The notes below the pieces were generated by a model. That model saw only the letters and a program-made list of their open reading frames with translations. It searched no databases and was not told the DNA's origin. The translations under genes were made by a program, and so were the position numbers. From an uncultured Planctomycetales bacterium (GTDB taxonomy: Bacteria; Omnitrophota; Gorgyraeia; Zapsychrales; JAHFFX01), in NCBI GenBank assembly GCA_964464475.1, contig CAYXGG010000002.1, positions 93,455 through 157,454 of the forward strand: DNA of 64,000 bases, given 5' to 3'. Below, piece after piece: positions 38,546 to 48,440 of this stretch; positions within the stretch are counted from its first letter, which is position 1, and each line of letters begins with the position of its first letter.

Positions 38546-40613
38546 CGAGCGCCCCTCGGATAATCTTGTCCTCGCCCCACTGTCGAGCAAAGCTTTCTGC
38601 GACGGTTTGAATCGCCACTTCACGAGTCTGCCCGTTTTTTAACTCATGCAATAAATGCTGCAGAAAGTTTCCCATCCGTTGCGCCGCCTGACCATCACGA
38701 TACGGGTCCAGTTCAGGCAAAAACGTTGACCAATTGCCCAATATTTTGCGCTCCTGAGGATCATGAAAAAATCGCTCAACATTATTCCAAAGCTCTTCCC
38801 AGGTTAGAAAGACTGACTTACCGATGCCTAATTGATATAACGGACTTTTGACCCAACCCTCGCGATCCAATAAAAAGGTGGGAACCCCAGACAGCGCAGA
38901 CTCCAGCCCCGCCGTCCCAGCCCCCAAACTTTCATGAATAGCCAAGTCCGCGGCCAACGCTGCTGCTGCCGGAGAATATGCGCCCTGCAAAGCCCCTTCC
39001 CGAAAAACATAACAGCGTCCGGTGGCCTCAGCCTCTAATAATTTCTGACTGACGCGACCTAAGCGTTGTATCAAATTACGCGGAGTCTTCGGCTTGATGA
39101 TTAAGCCTAACGTTGAATCTCTCAAAACCGCGTCTAGGACAAATTCATAATTTTCCTGAGTAAATTCATGCCCCGTAAACCAGCGACTATCATCCAGGGA
39201 GTTTTCATCAAAGAAAGCGACAATCTTTTTCGCTCCGGCCTGGCGCAAGCGCTGACGAAGCCCCGCGCACAAATCTTTTAAAGGAGCAAAACGATAGTCT
39301 CCCACATACCCAACCACCACATAATAGTTAAAACGCGACCCACCGGCTTTCTCCACCTCCGCGCTGCGCCGCGAGAACCCAAAGACGATATCGGTGGACA
39401 CCGCGGTTCCCGCCGATGGGTTAGACTCGTAAGCGCGTTGATACAGTGTGGCGACCCCGCCAACTTCCTTGAGAGCGTCAGCCATCACCATGTGCTGGGC
39501 ATCATATTTGTACCAGCTCGTTGTCAATTTAATATTATTTTCCCGAAACAGCTGTTTCCAATAATTCTTCAAACGGTAATAGGCTTGCGTTTGTTCCCAT
39601 AAATAAACGGATTCGTGAGTAGACTTGTCAAGCTTCAGCACCGGAAGATTCGCAGTTTGTGGCGTGAAGGTCACCGCCTCAGTCGCGGATAATAAGTTTG
39701 CCTGAGGAGTAAGCGCGATTGCGGATAAGCCGTGTCGATGCAACACTCTCCATTTGCTTTCATCCAAAGGATCTAACATAGAGTTAAACAACAGCGTAAC
39801 TTCTTCACCTCGCAAGCGACTTCCCTGCAGGAACAATAAATCCGAGTTGCATTCCGGCCGGTCCAGGTTCAAATACCCCCAATATTCCGTCGCCAATCGC
39901 GGTGGAGAAACAACCGGGGAAGGAGTCGACGGCAATATCCAAATTTTCTTCAAGTAATGCAACACTACTTTCTGGCAAGCTCGGAAATTCTTTAATTTGG
40001 GAAGCAGCTGTTTTATTTTCAGGAGAGGAGATTTTCGTGACTGAAAAGCACCACTAAGATGTAAAGTGACCTGCTGTGCCTGCGCGTAACGACTCAACTC
40101 GTCAAACCACGGCCGGTTATTAATAAATAGCCGCGCCGCCACGTTATCTTGCTGCCACGAGCTTAAATGCCAGCGCACCACGGCAATGAGCGTGAGCACA
40201 TGCCAGAGTTGGTTAAATTTAGCTGGCCCATTAAAATCATAGTCGCACACCGCGCCCTTGGCGAGAAATAGTGACAAACGGTCATCGGAAGGATAGTGCG
40301 CAAGGAACTCTTTGACGTGTGACGATGTCTCCAAGCTCGCCCGCAGCTGCGCCAAATCTTCATAAAGTAAACGAAATTGCAGCGACTGGCCCAATTCATC
40401 CCGTAAATCAACAATCTTAAAATCCAACTGCACCAATTGGATGCCTTGGGCAGTGGCCAGGGTGTTCAACGCGGGCCACTGCCCAGTCGCCACATCAAAC
40501 ACATGTAACCGCTTCACTCGCCGCTTCATTAATTCCGGCAAAATCACCTGCCGCCAATTGTTCACGGATAACCACTCAACAAAAATAACTTCGCTGGAAT
40601 CTCCCGCGTTCAT
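38538..40613 (-). CDS. Hypothetical glycan-biosynthesis protein, GT-B-like (putative ulosonic-acid transferase)
   Basis: YQR, FFDE, IIKPK, TAGLES...GVP, DPYRDG.A..R; glycan-locus context. Confidence 0.5.
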   Translation of the reverse strand: MNAGDSSEVIFVEWLSVNNWRQVILPELMKRRVKRLHVFDVATGQWPALNTLATAQGIQLVQLDFKIVDLRDELGQSLQFRLLYEDLAQLRASLETSSHVKEFLAHYPSDDRLSLFLAKGAVCDYDFNGPAKFNQLWHVLTLIAVVRWHLSSWQQDNVAARLFINNRPWFDELSRYAQAQQVTLHLSGAFQSRKSPLLKIKQLLPKLKNFRACQKVVLHYLKKIWILPSTPSPVVSPPRLATEYWGYLNLDRPECNSDLLFLQGSRLRGEEVTLLFNSMLDPLDESKWRVLHRHGLSAIALTPQANLLSATEAVTFTPQTANLPVLKLDKSTHESVYLWEQTQAYYRLKNYWKQLFRENNIKLTTSWYKYDAQHMVMADALKEVGGVATLYQRAYESNPSAGTAVSTDIVFGFSRRSAEVEKAGGSRFNYYVVVGYVGDYRFAPLKDLCAGLRQRLRQAGAKKIVAFFDENSLDDSRWFTGHEFTQENYEFVLDAVLRDSTLGLIIKPKTPRNLIQRLGRVSQKLLEAEATGRCYVFREGALQGAYSPAAAALAADLAIHESLGAGTAGLESALSGVPTFLLDREGWVKSPLYQLGIGKSVFLTWEELWNNVERFFHDPQERKILGNWSTFLPELDPYRDGQAAQRMGNFLQHLLHELKNGQTREVAIQTVAESFARQWGEDKIIRGALDV

Positions 40614-42241
40614 TCTTTACTTCCTTCAATTGAATTATTTGACCGCTTTTCCCACCAGGACTTCAACAACCTTTTCTCCGGGCTTTTATAGAGCGGATCA
40701 AAACCGCGCGCTTTCAACTCACGCAAATGGAATAACACTACGTCACGGTCAAAACTAACCAAACCACACGCCCTTAAGTTGGACAGAATCTGAACAGAAG
40801 GCACCATTTCTTTCAAAAATCTAAAAACCTCGCTGGGGGGCGAACGGTCTTCACCCGTCGTCCATTGATAAAGACGGTCACGCCATTGATATTCATCCGA
40901 ATATAAAAAATAAATCTTCCCTACCGATATTCCTTCCAATAGCGCGATTAATCGGTCCACTTCCTGCCAGTCTTGCCCCGCCTTAATCGGAACCACCTGG
41001 GGGATTAACGCCGCTCCTCCCTGTATTTGCAAATGCGTCATGTAAACCAGAATGGTATCCGTCGGTTGCACGTTCTGTTTCAACCAGCGAATCGGCACCC
41101 GTAAATTATTTCGATCTAGATAAAAGTTACCGACCGATAGCAGCGTGTTAATCAGTAAATACCCGCTGATGAGAAACCTTTGACGATCCCTAAGTAAAGG
41201 TTCCGTGGCCAGCCTCCCCGCGAACCCCAAGACCGCGAGGATAATCGGAATATAAAAAAACCTGGAGAAAAAAACATGATTATGCGGCGTAAACAAACCC
41301 GTCGCGATTCCGGAAATTATCCCGGTCCAGTACAACCAAATCCAAAATTGGCGATGTCCGTCTTTAACCGACGTCGCTTTCCAAAACATACCCAAACAGA
41401 CCACATTAAGTTCTAATATAAATCTGCTCAGGCCCAGCAGATTATCCCAATACGTTACGAAAGTCCGTCCGATGACACGATTGCCAATAGATAATGAACT
41501 CATGGCGACATCATTGAACATCACAATGACCGGGGCCACCAGCAACAATAATCCGACCCCGGCCGCCACCAAGCCCCGATAGCGTTCCAACCACTCTTGG
41601 CAGCGTGATATTTTAAGAGCAGCGGCAATGAGTATGGCAAAAACCAAAATCTGAGCGTGCTGAATTTGCCAGTGATCAAGTATTGGAAAGAGAAAAGCGG
41701 CGCCCAGCAGTAACCCGCAAAATAAAACGTTGCGCCGAGGACCATGCAGCCAACCGTTCCACGCTTCCCAAAAAGCGAGGAAAGCGACCAGCGCCAAACA
41801 CGCCAACGGCGGATAAAAGCGAAGATACAAAGCTTTCTCCAACACCACCGCTTGACCTAAAAAAAAGATAACCACTAACGCCAATCCTAAAGCGGACAAT
41901 TGTTGACGCACGCGGGCATAAATTAAAAAAGCCCCCAACAGGAGCACAGTAAACACCAACGGAATCGCGCGCACCGCTAACAGCGATTCTCCCCCCCCAC
42001 GCATAACCTGCGCGGTCATCCCCGTCATGGTCAAAGCGCGGGTATATTCGTGTCCGTCAAATCGTCCCGTATCAAAATTCCAACAAACCGGACGGCCTTT
42101 TTCGATAAACCCCTTGGCCGCCTGCAAATGCGATACTTCATCTCCCCACAAAGGGAGAGACTGGGCTAAAAGTAGCCAAGCTCCCGCAAAAGCAACAATG
42201 ACGACCCCGAGAATAAAGTTTAAAGACGCGTCGCGATTCAT
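40610..42241 (-). CDS. Polytopic membrane protein, probable GT-C (ArnT/PMT-like) glycosyltransferase
   Basis: LWGDE acidic motif after TM1, Y.RA, R.Y, many TMs, periplasmic C-terminal domain. Confidence 0.6.
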   Translation of the reverse strand: MNRDASLNFILGVVIVAFAGAWLLLAQSLPLWGDEVSHLQAAKGFIEKGRPVCWNFDTGRFDGHEYTRALTMTGMTAQVMRGGGESLLAVRAIPLVFTVLLLGAFLIYARVRQQLSALGLALVVIFFLGQAVVLEKALYLRFYPPLACLALVAFLAFWEAWNGWLHGPRRNVLFCGLLLGAAFLFPILDHWQIQHAQILVFAILIAAALKISRCQEWLERYRGLVAAGVGLLLLVAPVIVMFNDVAMSSLSIGNRVIGRTFVTYWDNLLGLSRFILELNVVCLGMFWKATSVKDGHRQFWIWLYWTGIISGIATGLFTPHNHVFFSRFFYIPIILAVLGFAGRLATEPLLRDRQRFLISGYLLINTLLSVGNFYLDRNNLRVPIRWLKQNVQPTDTILVYMTHLQIQGGAALIPQVVPIKAGQDWQEVDRLIALLEGISVGKIYFLYSDEYQWRDRLYQWTTGEDRSPPSEVFRFLKEMVPSVQILSNLRACGLVSFDRDVVLFHLRELKARGFDPLYKSPEKRLLKSWWEKRSNNSIEGSKE

Positions 42242-42242
42242 A

Positions 42243-43832
42243 TCAGGTAAATTCCCGAGTGATCACCCACGCCTCGGCATCGGGTTTTCCTTCCTTGAGG
42301 AGAAAATTCTGCACCGGAGCATCGGACAAATTCTCGCGTTCAAACCAACGACACGAAGGAACATACACAAATGACAATTTGGCCCCCATCGTCACGCGAT
42401 CTTCCGGCGATAATCCGGAAATCCTATCCTGAATCACGACCCGTCCCGCGGTCACGGTCACCGCTCGCCGTAAACGCGCGCCAGAAGATTTTTGAGCGAG
42501 AATCAATTTCTCTCTCAAGAAATCCTTGATCAATTTATTAATGAAAGCAAAACGGCCCAACGTTAATTGAAACACATTGAGTAAGATAACGTTAAACGGC
42601 GTCATCAAATTAGTTTTGAATTTCAGAAAGTCACCTTCCACCGTAAAGCCCTTGGCATCGACGTTCAAAATCGTGGTGGATTGATAAAACGCGGTGCATA
42701 GTTTTCTTGCGGCCACCAAGACCCCGCTGTCAGAAATCCGATGTCCCGACTTTAACGCGACGAAAGCACCAACTTTCTTTAAGCTCGCAATTAATTCCAG
42801 TTTATCCTGACGATAAATAACCACCCCCGCGTTGGGATAATAGTGAAACGCCGCAAAAACCCTCTGAGGTCGTATTAATTCTTCCACGCCATCCAACCCC
42901 GCCTGCAAATAGGTATAACCCACATACATTAAATAGCGGTCGTCCAGCGAATGTAAAGAAACACCGCGCTGATTAACTAATCCATCCCGGATGTTCCAGG
43001 CCACCCAAGCGGCATTTTTATCTCGGTCTGCCCAAAGTTCAAATCCGTGCGCGATCAAATATTCCGTGTCTCGGCTGGTATAAACTCCCCCTGCCGTCCC
43101 ATCGGAGAGAATGAACTCAGCCAAAAAAGCCATGGCCTTATTAACAACGAGAGTAATTTTCTCCGATTTTGTTTTTTGGACATATTTGGACAAATAATCA
43201 ATGGCGAGCGACAGATAGCCAATATCAACCCCGGCGTACTCCTTAAACCAGCCCTCCGGATCCTGACAGCTTGCAATCAAGTCTTCATAATGAAACGCGG
43301 CTTGGCGCAGCTCTTCATCCTGAGTCAGCTCAAACGTATTATGAATGGCTAACAAAGCACCCGTCTGCTGATTACATACACTTTTCTGATGGCGCGTCTT
43401 AAGCCACGTGGCCGAACGACGCAACCCGGCCACGGACGCGGCATAATTTCGGATACGCTCTTTACCTAGCAATAACAACGTTTCGGAAATGGCATAGGAA
43501 GAAAACGCGGTGGCCACATAACTTCCCTCGTGAACATACCATTCATTAAACGATCCGTCGGTTTCCTGCATGCCAATCCAGAAATCCACCATCGCGTTGA
43601 TCAACTCCAGCAGCAATGGCTGACCTCGATACGGGGTTGAACACTTGTCATAAAGCAACGCCAGAGTTAATACCGCCTCCTGATAACGCGCGTTGGGAAA
43701 ACCCACGACTTTATTGTGCCAGTAGTGTCGGTCCCCGCAGCCATAAGTCGGTAACCCGGGATTCGTGTTGATCTGCCCTAGCAAACGCGGCAACTGCGTT
43801 AAAACAGCGTCAAAATAAATCTGTCTACGCAT
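42243..43832 (-). CDS. Hypothetical protein with a probable (alpha/alpha)-toroid domain
   Basis: PTYGCGDRHYWH; QxxDGxF-like repeats (MQETDGSF, CQDPEGWF); beta-rich C-terminus. Confidence 0.55.
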   Translation of the reverse strand: MRRQIYFDAVLTQLPRLLGQINTNPGLPTYGCGDRHYWHNKVVGFPNARYQEAVLTLALLYDKCSTPYRGQPLLLELINAMVDFWIGMQETDGSFNEWYVHEGSYVATAFSSYAISETLLLLGKERIRNYAASVAGLRRSATWLKTRHQKSVCNQQTGALLAIHNTFELTQDEELRQAAFHYEDLIASCQDPEGWFKEYAGVDIGYLSLAIDYLSKYVQKTKSEKITLVVNKAMAFLAEFILSDGTAGGVYTSRDTEYLIAHGFELWADRDKNAAWVAWNIRDGLVNQRGVSLHSLDDRYLMYVGYTYLQAGLDGVEELIRPQRVFAAFHYYPNAGVVIYRQDKLELIASLKKVGAFVALKSGHRISDSGVLVAARKLCTAFYQSTTILNVDAKGFTVEGDFLKFKTNLMTPFNVILLNVFQLTLGRFAFINKLIKDFLREKLILAQKSSGARLRRAVTVTAGRVVIQDRISGLSPEDRVTMGAKLSFVYVPSCRWFERENLSDAPVQNFLLKEGKPDAEAWVITREFT

Positions 43833-45195
43833 GATTTTTTTGTTTGAACTCAAAAGTTAACACGGCCAGCGACCCCCAACGAGTAGCGCGATCTCCCTGC
43901 CAACGCAAAATCGCGTCCAGGCAACGAGTGAAAAAATTCTCATGGCGTTCACGATGCAAATAGCTGGTCTTCCCACTTTTAAAATACTGAATCATCATCT
44001 GCAGGATCTGCTGAAAAAAAGCGGGAATGAGAAAGAATTCTTCCCGTGACAACTCACCCCAGCCGTGTCTGGTCAACACGCCTGACCACTGATTCAGGTC
44101 AATGGGCGCATACGGACCCCAAAAAGAATAAATTCCAGTTTTACGGATATCGTTACCAAAAAGCATTTTTAACAGCGCGTGAAAACAATTTAAGAACAGA
44201 TTATTTTTGCGCGCGATGATATATAGCTTGGTCCCGGGAAGAAGCTGGCCCGTTAACTTACGTAATAAATCCTCAAAAACAACTACCGAGATTCTTTCCG
44301 CTTTCATGACCAGGGTGACGCTTTGCACCGATGATAAAGGAACCTCTGCGGCCGCAAGATCCGAAAGCGTCAACATTCTTAATTTAAGGGCCGGCTCCAC
44401 GCGCTGTGCCGCTCTTTCCACGTATTGACCCGTGGCCGCGTTTAAGTTCAGCGAATACACTTCCTGACCTGCGAAATACTTCAAATAACTTCCGTCATAA
44501 GAAAACACATCCAGCACGGGACCCGACACCTTTTTTAACACCGCTTCAACTTTAGCCAACTCCGCCGCCGCATTAAGATCCATTTCCTTACCTAGGGTCG
44601 TTTTGCGACAGAAATATTGTTGGTAATCGGCCAACTGCTCCAAACTCCAATCCGCCGGAGAATAGGATTTACGGTATTCGCGTGTTGCATTAAATCCGTT
44701 AAAAGAAACCATCTCTTCAACGGGCCGACGAGGAATAACGGAAATATCGGCGTTGGTCACATCCGGGGAGTAGCCCAGTGCCACGAAAGCACAGATGACG
44801 TATTGTTGCGGAATGTTCAATAGCTTTTTGATGACCGTCGCGTTCCCAAAGCTATTCATGGCGGTTGATCCCAACCCCAATTCGCAACAGCGGTTGAGCA
44901 TATTCATGATCGCCATAGATCCAGCTTGGATCGCTTCCTTATAATTCCAGCCATCATACATAACGATGATAATCGCCGCGGCGCGGCGAATCAGCGTCGA
45001 AGAATAAGCCTGGGCAATGAGTTCGTCTTTGACTTTCGGATCATCAACCACCACAAAACGCCACAACTGCTGGTTGCAGGAAGTGGGTGCCGCAGCCCCC
45101 GCGCGTAGGATGTCATAGATCAATTCGCGCGAGACCGACTGATCGGAAAAATGACGAACGCTTTTACGTTTTAGTAATATATCCTGGAATTCCAT
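43825..45195 (-). CDS. Nitroreductase-family flavoprotein fused to a methyltransferase-like domain
   Basis: RKSVRHF, AAPTSCNQQLWRFVVV, LGLGS, ALGY; C-terminal VLDVFSYDG and L.PG. Start moved to ATG 45195. Confidence 0.7.
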   Translation of the reverse strand: MEFQDILLKRKSVRHFSDQSVSRELIYDILRAGAAAPTSCNQQLWRFVVVDDPKVKDELIAQAYSSTLIRRAAAIIIVMYDGWNYKEAIQAGSMAIMNMLNRCCELGLGSTAMNSFGNATVIKKLLNIPQQYVICAFVALGYSPDVTNADISVIPRRPVEEMVSFNGFNATREYRKSYSPADWSLEQLADYQQYFCRKTTLGKEMDLNAAAELAKVEAVLKKVSGPVLDVFSYDGSYLKYFAGQEVYSLNLNAATGQYVERAAQRVEPALKLRMLTLSDLAAAEVPLSSVQSVTLVMKAERISVVVFEDLLRKLTGQLLPGTKLYIIARKNNLFLNCFHALLKMLFGNDIRKTGIYSFWGPYAPIDLNQWSGVLTRHGWGELSREEFFLIPAFFQQILQMMIQYFKSGKTSYLHRERHENFFTRCLDAILRWQGDRATRWGSLAVLTFEFKQKNHA

Positions 45196-45199
45196 CGGT

Positions 45200-46177
45200 T
45201 TAGGAGACCGGATTAAAACCGATTTTCTCGGTGACCTGAGTGTCACCGGCTTGAGATTCAGAATTGCGGACCAGCAGTTCGGCAATCAACCCGAGTGAAA
45301 TAAACTGCACGCCCATGATGGTCATCATGATGCCAAAAGACAACAAGGGTCTGGTTCCAATGTGATGCCCACTGAACCAAACCAACGTCAAATAAAATAG
45401 TATCCCGCCACCGATCGCCGCGAACGCGAGCCCCACCCCACCAAATAAATGACCGGGCCGACGCAAATACCGCGTGATGGCGATGACCGTCAATAAATCC
45501 AAAAATCCGCGAATATAGCGTTCAAGACCATACTTGGATTTACCGTGTTTGCGCGGGAGATGGTTGACAACCATTTCCCCGACTCGAAAGCCCTCATGAT
45601 GCGCCAGAATAGGGATATAGCGATGCAATTCTCCATAAACTTTAATCGCTTTCAGAACGTCTACACGGTAGACCTTAAACCCGCAATTAAAATCATGTAG
45701 GGTCATCCCCGACATGGCGCGGGCTACGGCGTTAAAAAGACGTGACGGCAAGGTTTTGGATAGCGGATCATGACGTTTGAACTTCCAGCCAGAAACCAGG
45801 TCAAATCCTTCGTTCAATTTGTTCAGAAAATTAGGAATTTCCTGGGGGTCATCCTGAAGATCCGCGTCCATCGTAAAAATCACTTCCCCCCTCACCAAAT
45901 GAAATCCCGTGGACAACGCTTGGGCCTTGCCAAAATTCTTGCGAAACTTCACCCCCCGGACTATCCCCGGGAAATGTTTCACCAACGCCGCGATATTTTC
46001 CCACGAACCGTCGCGACTCCCATCATCGACAAAAATAACTTCAAAAAATCCCACCTGATTTTCTTTAACCACGTTGGAAATCTTCTCAAAAAGCGGCACA
46101 ATCGTCGCTTCTTCATTGTAAACGGGAATGACAAAACTGATAAATCGGGAAGAAAAAGCCAAATCGCTAGTTTTCAT
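45200..46177 (-). CDS. Polyprenol-phosphate glycosyltransferase (GT2, ArnC/GtrB/DPM1-like)
   Basis: IPVYNE, VDDGSRD, NFGK, MDADLQDDP, DFNCGFK, ELHRYIP, two C-terminal TMs. Confidence 0.9.
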   Translation of the reverse strand: MKTSDLAFSSRFISFVIPVYNEEATIVPLFEKISNVVKENQVGFFEVIFVDDGSRDGSWENIAALVKHFPGIVRGVKFRKNFGKAQALSTGFHLVRGEVIFTMDADLQDDPQEIPNFLNKLNEGFDLVSGWKFKRHDPLSKTLPSRLFNAVARAMSGMTLHDFNCGFKVYRVDVLKAIKVYGELHRYIPILAHHEGFRVGEMVVNHLPRKHGKSKYGLERYIRGFLDLLTVIAITRYLRRPGHLFGGVGLAFAAIGGGILFYLTLVWFSGHHIGTRPLLSFGIMMTIMGVQFISLGLIAELLVRNSESQAGDTQVTEKIGFNPVS

Positions 46178-46181
46178 AAAA

Positions 46182-47354
46182 TTAATTTGGGTGTGTGATT
46201 AATTTAATAACCTTATCTTGTTGCTCCACCGTCAACCCGACGGATGACGGCAAACTCACGGCCTCGGCGTATAACCGAGGCGCGACCTCAATCGCGTGCG
46301 CATAGCAGGAAGAAAATATTTTTAACCCGGAAAGCGGATGCCACACCGGACGGGCTTCGATCATGTTCGCTTTCAAACGCTGGATCAACTGACGGCTGGT
46401 TTCTTTATATTTCTTAGCGTTCACGCGAATTGTGTACAGCCAAGCATTCCACCGCGCTTGAGGCGAATCGGAAGGAATCAGAATCCCTTCTCGAGCATGG
46501 AAAGCTCGGTCATAACGCTGGGCCAAACGTCGCTTTGCCAAAACGAACTCCTCGAGCAATTCCATTTGAGCAACACCCACCGCCGCCTGTAAATTTGTCA
46601 ACCGGTAATTATAACCAACTTCCTCATGAATATATTCTACAGGATCGTTCTTGGCCTGGGTGGTTAAATACCGCACCCGGTCTGCCAATTTTGCGGATGA
46701 CGTGACCACCATGCCTCCTCCGCCGGTCGTGATAATCTTGTTGCCATTAAAACTAAAAATACCGCAGTCGCCAAACGTTCCGGTGTGTTGCTGCGCATAC
46801 TTAGAGCCCAGACTTTCGCTGGCATCCTCGATAACTTTCAAACGATAGCGCCGCGCTAATTTCAATAAGGGCGCCATCTCAACCGGGTGCCCCATGACGT
46901 GGACCGGCAATAGCGCCGAGACGTTTCGCTTAGTAACGGTATTAATGAGTTTACCGGCCTGCACGCGACATTTTTTCTTAAGAAAATCTTCCAGCTTCGC
47001 CATATCCAACTGCCAATAGCGATCTTCAACATCAATAAATACCGGCCAGGCCCCGCAATAACGAACCGCATTAGCGGGCGCCACAAAACTGATCGCAGGA
47101 ACAATCACTTCATCCTCAGGTTTGACTCCACACACCAGAAGCGCGACATGGAGCGCCGAAGTACCGTTAACACAAGCAACCGCGTGCTTCGCGTCGACAT
47201 ATTGCGCCACTTTACTTTCAAATAAATTTACGAATTTTCCGACCGATGAAACCCACCGAGTGTCCAGACATTCCTTCACGTAGGCCCATTCATTACCGCG
47301 GACCTCAGGTTCACATAGACCAATGGATTTATTCTTGTTCGAAAAATAAATCAT
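46182..47354 (-). CDS. legC: LegC-family PLP-dependent sugar aminotransferase
   Basis: WVSSVG, NGTSALH, FVA.ANA, EDASESLGS, SFNGNKIITTGGGG, GYNYRL.N. Confidence 0.85.
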   Translation of the reverse strand: MIYFSNKNKSIGLCEPEVRGNEWAYVKECLDTRWVSSVGKFVNLFESKVAQYVDAKHAVACVNGTSALHVALLVCGVKPEDEVIVPAISFVAPANAVRYCGAWPVFIDVEDRYWQLDMAKLEDFLKKKCRVQAGKLINTVTKRNVSALLPVHVMGHPVEMAPLLKLARRYRLKVIEDASESLGSKYAQQHTGTFGDCGIFSFNGNKIITTGGGGMVVTSSAKLADRVRYLTTQAKNDPVEYIHEEVGYNYRLTNLQAAVGVAQMELLEEFVLAKRRLAQRYDRAFHAREGILIPSDSPQARWNAWLYTIRVNAKKYKETSRQLIQRLKANMIEARPVWHPLSGLKIFSSCYAHAIEVAPRLYAEAVSLPSSVGLTVEQQDKVIKLITHPN

Positions 47355-48430
47355 ATCTTCTTAACGTTCGGTATTTTTAAATCTTTCTGAACCTTTTGAT
47401 AATCCGCCGGTTTCCCGACATCAATCCAATACTCCTGAATGGGAAAACAAATCACGCGACGCGTAGCGTCAATCAGGCAACGTACCAGATCCGGCATATC
47501 AAATCTCTTACCGCGGGGAATATATTCAAACGCTTGCGGTTCCAGCAGATAAACCCCCGCATTGACCATAAACGCCTGTTGGGGTTTTTCCACCAAATCT
47601 TTAATCAAAATATCATCGGACTCGACCACGCCGTAAGGAATTTCCAAATCATATTTGCGCACGCCCACTGTCATCATCGCCGAGTGACTTTGATGAAAAT
47701 CCAACATCGTACGAAAATCCAATTGAGTCAAAACATCACCGTTAATAATCAGCACCGGCCCCGTCGGCTTTTCCATCAGGCTAAGCGCCCCGGCGGTTCC
47801 CAACGGTTCACTTTCATTAATATACCCGATGTCAACGCCGAACTTATTACCATCGCCAAAATGATTGACGATAACATCGGCCTTATAATTGGTGCTGATA
47901 TTGACCTTACGAATTCCGGAATTTTTTAAATGCTCAATGGTGTGCTCCATGAGCGGACGATCATTGATCGGGAGCATAGGTTTAGGCACTTCTTGCGTCA
48001 ACGGCATCAATCGCTGCCCTTTCCCCCCGGCCATGACCACGGCTGTTAACGGCAGCGGATGGTGGTCATCCGGAATCAATTCTGATAGCAGCGCTAACTC
48101 CCGCACCCGCCTTTGATCGTCCACCAAAGGAATCTGGCGCAGGACTTTTTCTTTCATTAAACGTAATAATTCTTCTGGCGCTGTCCCTACCGAAGCCACG
48201 GTGGGCGGCGGATGATGCAGCGACTTTAAACTGAGAACCTTGCTGACCCGAGTCCCTAAAGATACTTTATTTAATACCGCCCGACGAATATCTCCATCGG
48301 TAATGGTTCCCACCAGACGCTTTTTATCATCCACCACTAGCGCAATTCCCACCCCACCCGTTTGTAACGTCAGAATGGTTTTCTTGAGGGTTGTGTTAAG
48401 ACCGATTATTATTTTCTTAATGTTCTTCAT
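47351..48430 (-). CDS. CBS-domain nucleotidyltransferase (PtmE-like sugar-1-P guanylyltransferase)
   Basis: TDGDIRR CBS pair; MAGGKG.RL.PLT...PKPML, PLGTAGAL, NGD, EKP, WIDVG. Confidence 0.85.
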   Translation of the reverse strand: MKNIKKIIIGLNTTLKKTILTLQTGGVGIALVVDDKKRLVGTITDGDIRRAVLNKVSLGTRVSKVLSLKSLHHPPPTVASVGTAPEELLRLMKEKVLRQIPLVDDQRRVRELALLSELIPDDHHPLPLTAVVMAGGKGQRLMPLTQEVPKPMLPINDRPLMEHTIEHLKNSGIRKVNISTNYKADVIVNHFGDGNKFGVDIGYINESEPLGTAGALSLMEKPTGPVLIINGDVLTQLDFRTMLDFHQSHSAMMTVGVRKYDLEIPYGVVESDDILIKDLVEKPQQAFMVNAGVYLLEPQAFEYIPRGKRFDMPDLVRCLIDATRRVICFPIQEYWIDVGKPADYQKVQKDLKIPNVKKI

Positions 48431-48440
48431 GCTCGATTCA

